This document shows positions 1-12,383 of a stretch of DNA of 64,000 bases, one piece after another. Position numbers and translations under genes: made by a program. Within the stretch, counting starts at the first letter, position 1; each line of letters starts with the position of its first letter. Below the pieces are notes generated by a model. That model worked only from the letters and a program-made list of their open reading frames with translations, ran no database searches and was not told the DNA's origin. This stretch comes from Podarcis liolepis (taxonomy: Eukaryota), in the NCBI GenBank assembly GCA_965112155.1, contig OZ218099.1; one strand, written 5' to 3'.

Positions 1-46
1 CATACATCACTACTGGGGAAACCATAGCTTTAACTATACGGACCTT
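1..46 (-). mobile_element. Bov-B (RTE) LINE fragment, cut by window edge
   Basis: Reverse complement closely matches AAGGTCCGTATAGT.AAAGCTATGGTTTTCCCAGTAGTGATGTATG in the Bov-B copies at 22.8 kb and 62.3 kb. Confidence 0.9.
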
Positions 47-196
47 AAAGCTGTCTTAAACTGAGTTAAACCATTGGTCCATCAAGCTCAGCGTTGTCTA
101 CACTGGCCAACAGCAAGTCTTCAAGGTTTCAGGTATGAATCTTTCCCCAGCCCTACCTGGAGATGCCAGGGGTCTGCCATTGAACTACAGCCCTTT
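47..196 (-). mobile_element. Squam3-type tRNA-derived SINE, degenerate
   Basis: CCATTGGTCCATC.AGCTCAG..TTGTCTACACTG...GGTTTCAGG...CCCAGCCCTACCTGGAGATGCCAGGG is the reverse of the copy at 59266-59449. Confidence 0.8.
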
Positions 197-1863
197 CCAA
201 AGGTTACCCACTCGGAGTTGGGAGTGACCAGGCAGCAACAGCAAGCAAGGAAAGGGGAAGAGCAAAGGACAGAAAGGCCTGCAGGTGCCCCAACTGGATG
301 CCCACCCTGGATGCAAGCCCTGAATAATTCTCTCCATTTGATGAAGATTATAAAGAGGCTCCTAATTCTGTGCATATATCAACAGGAAGGTCAAATTGCG
401 TACATTGGTCTAGTTAGATAATACATGTATCATCAAAGGAGTAATGCTTCATGTCAGCTCCTCGCACTTCTGGAAGAAAACATAGTAGCCTTGCGTAGGA
501 GATAAATCTCTTCATACAAAATATTTAATTAATGGAGTGAAATTTCATTTCATGGATGCTTGCATTTCTGCTATGATAAGTGTTAGCTGATGACCAGTAC
601 ATTATCCAGTGCTGCCTAAGACAAAGCAATCATTTGTCTATATTGCAGTCAAGCATACAAAATAGCCGAGTACTATTTCTGCACAGCCCTGTAAAGGTTT
701 GATGCATTAGCCCCCTACATGAATAATTTACAACAACAGGGTCCATCTCGTTGCCTTTATCCAAGCAAAAAGAACAGTTTCTGCTTGTAACTATCTCACT
801 TGAGTTACCGTGCATTGGAAGGTGGGGGTGGCGGGGAGAAAGAAGTCTTCATGTTGCGCCTCTAGTCACTGTTTATTGCAAAATTTCTAATAAAATGCAA
901 AGAGAAAAGGAAGGGAGAGATCTATTTACAGAAAGCTAGGAAAGCTACATGCTTGGCACTTAAAGCTGTTGTAGTTGTTTTTTTTTGTTTTTTTTTGTTT
1001 TAGTTTCTCTCTTTCAAAAAAAAAAATAGAGGTTTCCAGTAATGAAGTTGCATGGAAAAGATTTTGGGTTTGATCCAGAGCAAGATAGTTGCAAGTACTT
1101 CTCATCAATGGGATTTAAAGTAAAGTGTGATTGAACTTTTTCCATTGATTTCAGGGGGACCAAAGTTCAGCTAATTTAGGATGCAATTCTATACCCTCTC
1201 ATCTGACAGTGAGCCGCATTGAATTCAGTGGGACTTACTTCTAAATAAAATTGCACTGAACTCAACTCTTTGTCTTCCCCTGCTTCACTATGTATGATTG
1301 GGGAAAACGGCATGCAATTAAAGCCATCTGATCACTACAATTTAAAACTGGTGTAGTTGCTGTGTCTTATTTGTAATGATGCTGGAACAAGCACAGTTAC
1401 TTCCGAAATCTCCAGTTTCCAGGTTTCCTAATGCAGAAGCCACGACAATCCAGCTTGAAAAAGTTTCTAGTGGAGATGAAACCTCAGAAAAGATTGTCTG
1501 GGGGCGGAGGGAGGAACACTACATTCCAGTTAAATTCAAATTGTTAGGTAGTTTCTGAAAAGCAACTGATAAGTGCCACAGTTTACAATTTCTCAAAACC
1601 AAGTGGAATTTTTGCCTGTCTGACCTCATTCTGAAGTCTACATTTTCTTCCTAAACCAGTCACAAAGAAAGATGAACATGCCATTCAGGGACCAAGGACG
1701 CACACATAAAGTGTGTTATTTATGGCACTAGACAATTTTTTGTAATGTTGGTTTCCAACCACATCATGCAAAGACTGCTTAACCCATGATGTTCTGATTT
1801 CTGACCTAGAAATGTATAATATAGCTGAGGATGAAATTGAAGACTTTTCACAACATTGCATTT

Positions 1864-2014
1864 AGAACACAGAAAATTACCTTAAGCCAAGTCAGGCTAT
1901 TGATCTATGTAGCTCAACACTGTCTACACTTACTCGCAGTGGCTTTGCAGGGTTTCAGGTGGGAGACATTCCCAACCGTACCTGAAGATGCTGAGGACTG
2001 AAACTGGGACCTCC
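1864..2014 (-). mobile_element. Squam3-type SINE, degenerate
   Basis: Same diagnostic blocks (AGCTCAACACTGTCTACACT, GGGTTTCAGG, CCTGAAGATGCTGAGGACTGAAACTGGGACC). Confidence 0.75.
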
Positions 2015-2223
2015 TTCGTTCTTATTTAATGCACAACGTGAAGGCTGACTTCACAGCAGTCTCCCATAACCTGGGGATACAGAGCAATGCTGGATGGGGC
2101 TGAAGGGACTTGTGATCCAAAATATCTGGATGGCACCAGGTTAATAAAGGCTGCTCTAAATCTTGGCATACCTTGGACATAAGGTAAAAGTTTGTGTGTG
2201 AGAGAGGCTTACCAGTAATCTTG

Positions 2224-2430
2224 TTAAACATTAGGAATATTTTTCTGGCAGCAAGAGGTCATTGACAGTGGAAAAGACTGACTTGGGAGGTGATGGACAC
2301 TCCTTTGTTGGAGGTTTTTAAACACAGGTTAGATGGCCACCTGTCAGAGATTCTTTAGCTGTGATTCCTGCATTTCAGGGGGGTTGGATCAGATGACCCT
2401 TAGCATCCCTTCCAACCTGTAGTCTATAAC
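2224..2430 (+). mobile_element. CR1 LINE 3' end
   Basis: Homologous to the end of the CR1 at 34835-35616 (GATTCCTGCATT.CAGGGGGTTGGA..AGATGACCCT...CCCTTCCAAC). Confidence 0.85.
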
Positions 2431-3907
2431 TGTAGTGAGTGCAGATATCAATAGATTATATAATTGGGCTCCATGGGTCACTGAAGATCCTTTAGTGCAT
2501 GCAACCTGACCTTTTCCCAAATCTCCTGGGCCCTTCCACATATGCATGTTCACTTGATGACAGCAACACAAAATGGCACTTCACATGTCTGCAATGTGCA
2601 TGCTTCACTTCACCAAATATCCTCAGCTCTTCTATTAATGAAGGCCTAAAAGCAAATAATATCTCTGACAAGGACCATTTATCACATTGCTCTGTTTATT
2701 CAACTTTTGAATACACTGTTGTTGTTGTTATTGTTATAGTATCATCATCATCATTGCCCATTCACAACTTTGATGAATGATGTGCAGGCATGATTTATCC
2801 CTGTCCTATGAAACAAAAATTTGCAAGCATTATATTATCATAATTAATCACACACTTGTCACGAAGACACACCATTTGTTGAATGGTCACAGGTGTAAAT
2901 TTCTGCTCAAATTAACAACAGAAGGTTAACACAAAGCTGGATTGACAGTGGAGAAGAACTGATTGGTTTCCCCCCCAGCTGTTAGCTGAAAAATAGTTGA
3001 TATCCCATCAGCACTGGTATCCCAGGCAGTCCCCACATAAACCCAAAGAAAGCCCACTTTAAACAAACAATGTCGTCATCTAGAATGTGTTCTTATACAT
3101 CTTGTACAACCTATTCATTATCCATGACTTGCTACTTGTGCTTTCCCCAATTTTGGGTAACATACATAAAAAATATAGAAATATGGAAATTTTTGCCACC
3201 TGCTTCTTAGTGTAAGGTTCAAGCTGCTTTGTTTGATCTGATTCTATTCACGAGAAGCTGGAAATGATTAATGGTTTGAGAAGCTTCCTTTGTACCTCCT
3301 ATCTAACTTTTTCTTTCTACCAAGAAGGCTCACATAGGCATTCAGCAGAGCAGATGCAACTCAATGCAAATTGGTTTCTGCAAATAACGCAAAGAAATGA
3401 CTTTACATTTTCTAGCAGGCTGGGAATGCTCCCTCAGCTACCTTCCATCATTTCCATTAAGCCTATGAAACTGACATTTTTAAGAAAAATAGAAACTGAG
3501 TTTTAAAACATTTGGGAAAACCCATTAAGTAATTTATCATGCATCTGATGAAAATATAATTTAACACTGAAGCTCTAAACAGAATTAAAGCAAGCCCCAT
3601 GTGTTCATATTAACAGTAAAATATTTGACACTGGAAGTTATTGAAACAGCAAACACTGTTGTTCTCTGATTATGGTAATGCAATAGATCACCATTTGGGC
3701 AATCGTCCCAGAAGGAATCCCTTTGCATGCATATATCGAGGATATTTTATATCACCACTAAATGCTTGCTGTTGAGTGCTGTGTGTGCAAAAGAGAACAC
3801 TCCCATGAGATAAATCAACCCTGCCTGCACTCAGAACAAACTCTTAATCCTGTACAACTTTTCCCTTTGGCTGCACATAGTGTGAGCATCAGTGCCTTAT
3901 TTATGTA

Positions 3908-4149
3908 CAGTGGTACCTCAGGTTAAGAACTTAATTCATTCTGGAGGTCCGTTCTTAAACTGAAGCTGTTCTTAACCTGAAGCACCACTTTAGCTAATGG
4001 GGCCTCCCGCTGCTGCCGTGCCGCTGGAGCACGATTTCTGTTCTCATCCTGAAGCAAAGTTCTTAACCCGAGGTCCTATTTCTGGGTTAGCGGAGTCAGA
4101 CACCTGAAGCGTATGTAACCTGAAGCATATGTAACCCGAGGTACCACTG
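3908..4149 (+). mobile_element. Tc1/mariner (Tigger/pogo-like) MITE, 242 bp, family A
   Basis: TIRs CAGTGGTACCTC(A/G)GGTTA with TA target duplication on both sides; three more copies in the window. Confidence 0.92.
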
Positions 4150-5095
4150 TATAGGCTGAAGCCTAGGGCCTCCAAATCTAGGGGGCCTCGCCAGCCTGCC
4201 CTCTCCCCAGTGCCACAGTCTCCCCTCTCCCAAAATTGCAAACCCAAAACTTAATGCGAGGGTAGTACAACTCAGGCCCAGCAACTATGAGACTCAGGGC
4301 TAGCCAGTGGGGCCCAAATTTTACCTCTGTACAGTTGGCTAGACACCCCTCTCTCTCCTCCATCCAGACAAGCAAGAGGCATATTCCAGGACATATTCCA
4401 GCCAGACAAAAACACTTGAGGTGTAAAGCAGAGCCAGTGAGTGGCATGGCTTTCCAAGGGCCAAACAGAGAGACCTGGAGGGCCATAACTGTTTTATGAG
4501 TTTTACATCTCATACCATGTAATGTGACTTATAGGTCTAGGTTCATGACATAATAATGTGCATCATTATAAGCTGGATTCAACTAATTGGTTCCATTAGC
4601 AGAAGCCAGCATGAGGACTTTCACTGGTGCAATGGGGCTATTCCCCTTCTCCTCCCCAGTACACCCCCCATGCACTCATGGGCCTCCATCAAATACTCTC
4701 TAGGGAGTCAAGAGAACACACAGAACAGTGGGGTGCTGTGTGGGGCATGTGTGCAGAAATGCTTGTGATGACTGAATCATCTCTTAGTCCTACGGTGAAT
4801 TCCACCCGGGTTGGGGGGGGGTCACCTGATGAGCCCAGTAAGAACATGGGCCCCACTTTTGAAATGGAGCTTTTCTCCCTCTCCCTCCCTCATGACCCCT
4901 CTCAAAATTGGCTCAGGGGAGGTTGGAGGAACCCCCATAGCAATGTGTGGGGAGTATTTGTCATAGTGCCATACTGAATGACGCCCTGTGTTTATCCAGA
5001 TTCTCCAGTCAATGGTGCAGAGTTGGAGTGGGGAACCATGCCACATGATGATACCAGGGCTTAATGTAAATTGTCCTGTATGTTCCCATAATCAA

Positions 5096-5393
5096 AGAGG
5101 AGGGCAACCAAGATGATCGAGGGCCTGGAAACCAAGCCTTATGAGGAATGGTTGAAGGAGCTAGGTTTAGCCTGGGAAAGAGGAGACATGATAGCTATCT
5201 TCAAATATCTAAAGGGCTGCCACATGGAAGATGGAGCAAGAGTGTTTTCTCCTGCTCTGGAGTGTAGAACTCAAACCAATGGCTTCAAGTTACAAGAAAG
5301 GAGATTCCGATTAAACACGAGGAAGAACTTTCTGACAGCAAGAGCTGTTCAACAGTAGAAAAGACTCCCTTGGCCCAAAGTTGTTGAGCTCCT
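5096..5393 (+). mobile_element. CR1 LINE ORF2 C-terminal fragment
   Basis: Translation MIEGLETKPYEEWLKELG...GDMIAIFKYLKG...RFRLNTRKNFLT is typical of the CR1 ORF2 C-terminus. Confidence 0.9.
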
Positions 5394-5777
5394 CGCCCCA
5401 TGCAGCTGCGGGCAGGAAACGCTCCCTAGATCATTTCCCGCGTGCAACAGCATCAAGGGAAGTTGCGCTCCAGCCAGACAGCTGGTTGGCTGGAGGGCAC
5501 CTTCCCCCATGCCGCTGCATGCGGGAAACGATCCAGGGAGTGCTTCCCACATGCAGCGGCATCGGGGGGTGCTGCGCGCCGTCAGCCAGCACCCCCAGAT
5601 CACTCCTCGCTCACTGCAGCATCAGGAGAAGCTGTGCGCCCCCAGCCAGCGCCCCCAGATCGCTCCCCACACACAGCGGCATCTCTCCCCATGCCACTAC
5701 CCATGTATTGGACAACCCCCGTTTTCTGACATGATTTTTGTGTCAAAAAACCTCATCCAATACACAGAAAAATACAG
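5394..5777. mobile_element. Partial Tc1/mariner-type non-autonomous transposon with GC-rich internal repeats
   Basis: Right end ATACACAGAAAAATACAG+TA resembles the TIR at 42841-42857; internal ~59-bp repeats CAGCCAGC(A/G)CCCCCAGATC at 5583 and 5642; left TIR not seen. Confidence 0.6.
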
Positions 5778-6004
5778 TAAGTTGCACAGTTAAGGTGGCC
5801 AGGGCTACTGCACCTTTAATATAGTGTAGAAGAAGGAATGTCAGCAGGTAAAATGTTTCTTCTAAACAACTATTAAAAGTGGAAGAGCCATGCCGACCTT
5901 TGCACTGGCTACCCCATAGTCATCAGCTTCTCTTTTAGAACACAAAGCAGATATTGGTATCAGTGATATATGCATTGGCATTAGTGATCACCAGTACAAA
6001 TTAC

Positions 6005-6197
6005 ATATTTTCAGGTGCCAGGCAAAAACATTCCTCTTCTCCCAAGCCTTTGGCTAATAATTTATCAATATATGGCCTTTTAAACTCTATGTGTGTGGAG
6101 GGGTGGGTTATTGTTTTTGTTTGTTACTATGATGTGCATTTTTTTGTGTTTTTTATATTGTAAACCATCCTGTGATCATATGAAGGGTGGTATAGAA

Positions 6198-6242
<45 letters not shown>
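6005..6242 (+). mobile_element. L2-type LINE 3' end with (AAC)n tail at 6199-6242
   Basis: AAAACATTCCTCTTCTCCCAAGCCTTT, T-rich UTR, TTGTAAACCATCCTG...GAAGGGTGGTATAGAAA, then ~14 AAC units. Confidence 0.7.
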
Positions 6243-7150
6243 AGTTCCCTAGACCTGAAAGAGTAGGTGGCTTCAGGAGTATTATTAATGATCTTAGCTA
6301 GTGGACTAAAGATTCATTTGCTGGTATCTACTTGCTTTTGCTGAGTGAGCTCCTTTTTCCAAATAATTATAAAGTGATTTCTTGTTGCTCTTTGTTTTAT
6401 TGGTTCATACTTTTTACTCACAGTGTGCCAATCACTATCTAATTGCAGGGCATGGTTTTGTGAGCACTCCAAACTGTTCCAACGTGCAATAAATTATAGA
6501 GCTGCTGTTACCCCAATTATGTAATCATCCAAGCATAAATATGCCCTGAAAATGGAATTACATATTAATAAATGTCATAATAGTTGCTCAAGACTTGGAG
6601 AAGAAAAAGGGAGAAAATCAGACTACCCTCTTTGGAGATTACATGCTTTCCCTGGGGTTGTGTGTGTGTGTGGTATTAAACTGATATTCCCTGAAGGAGA
6701 GGGAGGCTGTTAAATGTCCACTTTGAACCTTAGCAAGGCAGTGCATCAGTTTTCCAGATCCTGTCAAAGAACTTCCGATTGACCGGGGAGAAAATGCATG
6801 CTCTAAATTTGTTAAGATAAAATTGTTTTGCAGACTTCCTGCACAGTATCTTTCCCCTCACCTCCATTTCATTAAAACCAGGAACAGCGGGTTTCATTCA
6901 AGTCTTGCACACAGTCAGATTTCCCTATTATTCCATCTCCAATATTCTCAGTGCCTTTGCTCTATAAAATTAGTATACCGAACTACGGCCATGAATGGAT
7001 ATTAGGCACAGAGAACCATTCATTTGCCAGATGTAGACATCAAAATGTCAATAGGTGATGAGGTACAGGATAGTGGCCAAGACATCACTGGAATGATCAA
7101 AGCAGTCAAGAAAACTGAGAAAACCCATGCATTCCATAACCATATTTCAG

Positions 7151-7344
7151 TAAGAATGTAGGAGGTGCTGCAATGCTGAGTCATGCCATTGAGTCATATG
7201 TTAAGTATTGTGTACAAGGAGTAGCAACAGTTCTCCAGGGTTTCGGATGGGGTCCTTCCCAGTCCTGCCTAGAGATGCCAGGATTTAACCTGGGGCCTTT
7301 GGTATGCAAAGCAGATTCTCCTCCACTAATCTATGGTCCTTCCC
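7151..7344 (-). mobile_element. Squam3-type SINE, near full length, degenerate
   Basis: CTCCAGGGTTTC...CCCAGTCCTGCCTAGAGATGCCAGGATTTAACCTGGGGCC...ATGCAAAGCAGA. Confidence 0.75.
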
Positions 7345-7417
7345 ATAACTCCTACAGGGCTGTTGATTAGATTACAATGAAAACAGAGCTCTTGCCATTT
7401 ATAATCATTTTACAAAC

Positions 7418-7920
7418 CAGTGCTTTTTTCTGGGGGTACTCCAGGGACATGGGTGGCACTGTGGGTTAAACCACAGAGCCTAGGGCTTGCCAAACAGAAG
7501 GGCGGCAGTTCGAATCCCTGCGACGGGGTGAGCTCTATTGCTCGGTCCCTGCTCCTGCCAACCAAGCAGTTCGAAAGCACATCAAAGTGCAAGTAGATAA
7601 ATAGGTACCACTCCAGTGGGAAGTTAAACAGCGTTTCCATGTGCTGCTCTGGTTCGCCAGAAGCAGCTTAGTCATGCTAGACACATGACCCGGAAGCTGT
7701 ATATCAGCTCCCTTGGCCAGTAAAGCGAGATGAGTGCCGCAACCCCAGAGTCATCGGCAACTGGACCTAATGGTCAAAGGGCCCCTTTACCTTTTTTACT
7801 CCAGGGTATGCAGTACAGACACCTTTTTTCTAGAAGAAAAACACTGGTTAAAAGTGTGGCACTCACTGTGACACCTTCATGGTGAGTACTGGCACCTTTT
7901 TTTCTAGAAGAAAAGCACTG
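7418..7920. mobile_element. Small TIR element (hAT-like) with duplicated right end, interrupted by a Sauria SINE
   Basis: Left CAGTGCTTTT; right ends GAAAAACACTG (to 7846) and GAAAAGCACTG (to 7920). Confidence 0.65.
7444..7796 (+). mobile_element. Sauria (Squam1) SINE, full length
   Basis: tRNA-like head with A box TGGCACTGTGG and B box GTTCGAATCC, body AAGTAGATAAATAGGTACC, tail CCTTTACCTTT; TSD TACTCCAGGG at 7437-7446 and 7797-7806. Confidence 0.95.
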
Positions 7921-8766
7921 TTGAAAATGGAACACTGAAATACATAGGGAAGGGGAAGAAACTTGAAGCCGTTCCTCCCTCGAGGAGCCCAGGGGACAAA
8001 TCTGCTTTTGTTCTTCAGCATTACATGCGACGGTGACATCCTACAATTCCTGGTGTATTGCCAGCAAGCGAGATTCACTCAGAAGACTTCCAGAGAGTAG
8101 GAGGAGAGATGACATCTATTTCACAATGATATCACTATAAATACTATATGCCACCAAGAGAACAGAGCCACTCAAAACCCACAGTCAAAGTGCCAAGAGC
8201 AATTACTCAGCCTCTTTGATCTCGCTTTAAACTGAAGCAGGAAGGAAAGGGCTTTATTTTGATGTTGTGCTTGCTTCTTGGCAATATGTGCTTAAAGCGA
8301 ACTACATTAATATACCCTTCCCATATTCCCTGTCATTTAAATATGTGTATGTGAGTGTGTGAGTGTGCGTGTGTGCACAGAACTGTTGCAGTACATTTGC
8401 ATCTTAATTTGTGCTCAGACAGCATGGCAACGTTTTTTGGGGGGTAGGGGGTGGAATCACCATAATTGGCTAAGAAAACAGTTGAAGTACATCTAAAACC
8501 CCAGGGAAGCTTGAGGGGAGGGGGAAACTTGTTGAGAACAAGATCTGCTCTTTGGTACCGGTGTCAATCTCACAATGACAGTCTCAGACAAAGCACACTG
8601 GGGCATATCGGACTCAGCTGAAAATCCTAATGCTCATTTTCTTCTTTATTGCATAATTGCCAGAGTTCTGCACAGTAGCTAGTATTTATAGATTCAGCAC
8701 CGGAGATGGACAAAGTCCACTCATGGGTTGACTAGTCTTTAAGCAGACAGTGCTAACCATTGCTTG

Positions 8767-9265
8767 TGTGGCAAGGCCCCGAATCCTCACCCTTTGTTGG
8801 AATAAAGACACTTGACACCAGTATTTTAGGTTAAAGGCTAAAAAAAGACCACAACTTTATTGGTTACAGAATGTGAATGGTACTGGCTTAAGTATTGGAA
8901 CTGAGCTGACTATATCTGACTCCTGCCCGCCTGCAGGAAGTCTCAGAAGTGTTAAACACCAGTAGGAGGAGACATGTTGATGCACATCAACTAGGAACTC
9001 CCCCAAGGTCACTGATAGGGGTCGTGCCATGGCCCTAGCCCTTGCCTGGGCTTCGGATGGGGCCACGCCCTTGGATTCCTTTAACAGAATACCCTTGAAA
9101 TAGGAGGGGTAGGTGATGGCCACTACCTCCCCTCACCTCCAACCAAATACTCCAATGCCTAACCACCTAACCTTACAAAGTTGTGATGATTTGCTACGAG
9201 GTAGGCAAAAAACCAAATGACTGGTGCCAATTGGCCAAGTGGGAAAAAATCCTACCAGACCCCTT
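8767..9265 (-). mobile_element. LTR-like terminal repeat, 3' (R/U5-like) part; possibly DIRS/Ngaro-type or ERV/Gypsy
   Basis: On the minus strand: AATAAA followed by a GT/T-rich tract, ending CCTTGCCACA. Family assignment is from memory only. Confidence 0.55.
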
Positions 9266-9508
9266 CAGCTGGGCTTCAGATGGTGCCATGCCCCCTGGAT
9301 TCCTTTAACAGAATACCCTTGAACCAGAAAACACTCAATGAATGTAACATGTGAATGTCCCTATTGTACATGACAATGTAGTCTAAAAACCAGATGGTGA
9401 GCACTTTGTTGCATACACAATATGATGTTTTGTTACACCTTTATTAAGCCTTTTCAAATTGCAGGTTTCAGGCTTGGCAGCTGTTTTCACAAAGCCATTT
9501 CCCTTCCC

Positions 9509-9700
9509 TGCGGAAATGGAGTTGCGGGCTGGACACGAGCCCACCCCGTGTGCAGGGGTGTGGCTAGCCCCCGCGTCATAGGGAGTCCCCTCCACATCAC
9601 GCCCTAGGCTGACCAATCCGGCCGGCCAGGGGTCGTGGTGTGCTCTATTTAAACAACCTGCTGATGGGAACTCAACCCTTTCCCCCGTGTCTTCCTGTGC
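9509..9700 (+). mobile_element. LTR-like promoter (U3-like) segment
   Basis: Starts TG; CpG-rich; CCAAT at 9613-9617, TATTTAAA at 9646-9653, pyrimidine-rich tract ~30 nt downstream. Confidence 0.5.
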
Positions 9701-9705
9701 TCACA

Positions 9706-9885
9706 GATAGTTGAGCTGTTTACTTGTACAATTATTCATACGTGGCGCTCAACAAATGTACAGTCTCTGTACCTGTGTACACCATAGCTGATCTGTACAA
9801 ATCAACAAGTTTACACTTCCACACAAACACTTGTACATGTGTAGAGACAGTTTGTACCTGCATTCAGTATAATGTGTGAACAATT
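9706..9885 (-). mobile_element. Harbinger-like MITE fragment (inverted homolog of 12384-12613)
   Basis: Reverse complement aligns with 12390-12545 (TTGTTGATTTGTACAG.TCAGCTAT, ACACAGGTACA, CATTTGTTGA). Confidence 0.7.
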
Positions 9886-11006
9886 GATTGGACACCCAGG
9901 AAGACTTAAAATAAGGAACTGTAAAGAAGCAGAGAAACGACCCAGAAACAACTCCAGTCCATTTATTATTCTCCATCCAAATGCTAGCTAGCAAATCAGT
10001 TCTAAAAGCCCTTAGTACAAAACAAAAGCAAGAAAATGGCTAAAAGCTGATTCAAAAGAAAATAAGGTAGGGGTCAACTTCAAATTGTAAAGAGGCATTC
10101 AGCATCATTTCATAATGGCAGTGCTTGTATGAAATGGATTATTATTTTGACCATGGATTTTGATGACTGGAGAATAAAAAGTATTAAATTCAGAGATGAT
10201 ACAATCAAAATCTGAAATTGGAGACTGGGCTGACGGTAGCAAAATAAAACTCACCCAAGACAAATGTAAACGGCTTTGCACAGAACAGAAGAGCCAACGC
10301 ATCGCAGTTATATGCAAGATGCAGCTCATCTTTAAAAGAATAAAGGCTTCTAGTGGATGAGAAAGGTTACATAAAAGTGATGGTTGAGCATAAAAAGACC
10401 AATGCCATTATACGATCTGTTACCAGGATTGTAGGTTTGTAAGACTAAGGACTGTTCATAACAGCACAATAGTTGCTCCTTGACTGAAGTATCAAGTGAA
10501 AAATTGCACATGTGGATACTACGTCGCCAGCTGAGAGTATGTCACAATTTGGTCCAATCTGCATAGAAACAAGCTGCAAAAGTTACCAAATGTACTAAAT
10601 CTGAGGACCCATCTCAGCCTGAGACTTCAGGCTCAGTGGCCCTCCTGGAGTCCCCTCTGACTGTCCCTGGGTGTGGCTGAGAGTAGCATGCCTTTTATCA
10701 TTTCCACAAAACATTTCTCCATTTTGTAGCCTCCCTGGCTGCCCACATTTTCTTATCTGAAAATACCTCATGGGCAGAGTTGCCTGATGACATCTTCTAT
10801 GGGGCTTTAACTGAGGTGCAGGAAGTTGGGGAGGGTGGCTATCTAATTAAGACTGGTACATTTGCTGATGTTATTTTTATATAAAGTTCTTCATTTTACT
10901 TTTACTTTTTAAAAAATAATAATTAAGGGCTGTTTTTTAAAGTTTTTAAAAAGAAAAGGGGGGAAGACTTCACTTTTTAAAAAATGAACAGTTATTAGAA
11001 TTACAG

Positions 11007-11007
<1 letters not shown>

Positions 11008-11076
<69 letters not shown>
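11008..11076. repeat. Compound microsatellite (CT)n(GT)n
   Basis: Seen directly. Confidence 0.98.
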
Positions 11077-12001
11077 AAGGCTAAAAAGATTCCTGCTATC
11101 ATTCTAGGATATACTATTTAAAGATCTGTTCCTACTAACAAATTTTAAATGTGATTGTTATAGCCTATGTTTATTAGAGCAGTATTTCATTTGATTAGTG
11201 CAACTGATAATGAAGTTATAGCTGAAGTTCAATTTGTTTACTATTTATTCAACTGTTCCAAAATGCCCAGGTTCACACACAATTGGTTCATTGAGTTAAA
11301 CATTCAAACTAATTGAACTTTAACAACATTGGGAGGGAGGAGAATCATCCAATGAAATGATCCATCTGCAGCTTTCAGCAATGAACTGCAAACAGAAAAG
11401 GAACAAATATCCAAGAGTAAATATCTGATTATTTCATCAGTATCAAGAACTAAATAAATGGTAAATCTCCTGACACACACAGAAATGGATATTATATGCC
11501 ATGAAGAATGCAAAATTGAAATGGATGGAATTGAAACAGACCCCCCCCCCCGCCCAACTACTGATTTAGCAAATTAGATATGGCGTGAGAATGAAATGCT
11601 TATAAAAAGTGTTCTGTAGTTCCCCACCCCCACCCACCTGCCCTAGTTCTGCATGTGATGCAGCTCCATTTTGGTTGAGTGAACTGGGTCATTTCTAATG
11701 GGTCACTTATTTTATTTGGGAAAGTGGGGAGAAACGCACGTTGCATGATAATGTAATGTGAAGTTTGGTTTGACTAGTCCAAGGCAGCTGGCTGATATCC
11801 TCCAGCACTAGCATACATGAACCGCCAGACTCTTACCCACTTTACATGAATATACTCAAAGGCACAGATATATATATATATATATTGGGGGGGGTTAAGT
11901 TTCATCTAAAAGATGTTCTTGTTCCCTTGCTATTGTTGAATTGCTCTTTAACATGGGAAACTCAATCAGTTAATGCTTTAAACCATGGGTAGGCCTCAGA
12001 C

Positions 12002-12131
12002 CAGGGGTGATAACCTGTGGCCATCTAGATGTTGGACTACAACTCCCATCATCCCTGACCATTGGCTGTGCTGGTTGGGGCTGATGGGAGTCCAGCAACA
12101 TGTGGAGGGGCACAGGTTTTCCTTCTCTTTG
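12002..12131. mobile_element. Short hAT-type MITE (GGACTACAACTCCCATCA family); relatives near 2055, 15750, 23432, 48030, 60157
   Basis: CAGGGGTG..AACCTGTGGCC...TTGGACTACAACTCCCATCATCCCTG...GATGGGAGT...CACAGGTT palindromic layout. Confidence 0.75.
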
Positions 12132-12383
12132 CTTTAAGGAAAACAAGTCTTGTGAAAGATATACCATTTCTATATGAATTCTACTGTTCAATGCAATGCT
12201 TACATTGCTATCCCCACAGTGGGCTGAGACCAAGAACAACCCATTTGCCATTGCTGTTTCAGGCAAATAAAACACCAGTTGCCAGTAGCAGAGGGAGGAG
12301 TAAAGAATACCCTCAACTGTCTGCTAAGGGCATCCGCTGATAGTACCAGAGAAAAACTTTGCATGTGTGCAGCTTAACAGTTT

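Noticed and set aside
4825-4870. Other CTGATGA/CTGAAGA hits (also ~63068) as hammerheads
   Set aside because: No GAAA directly after a proper stem II, and no stems I/III.
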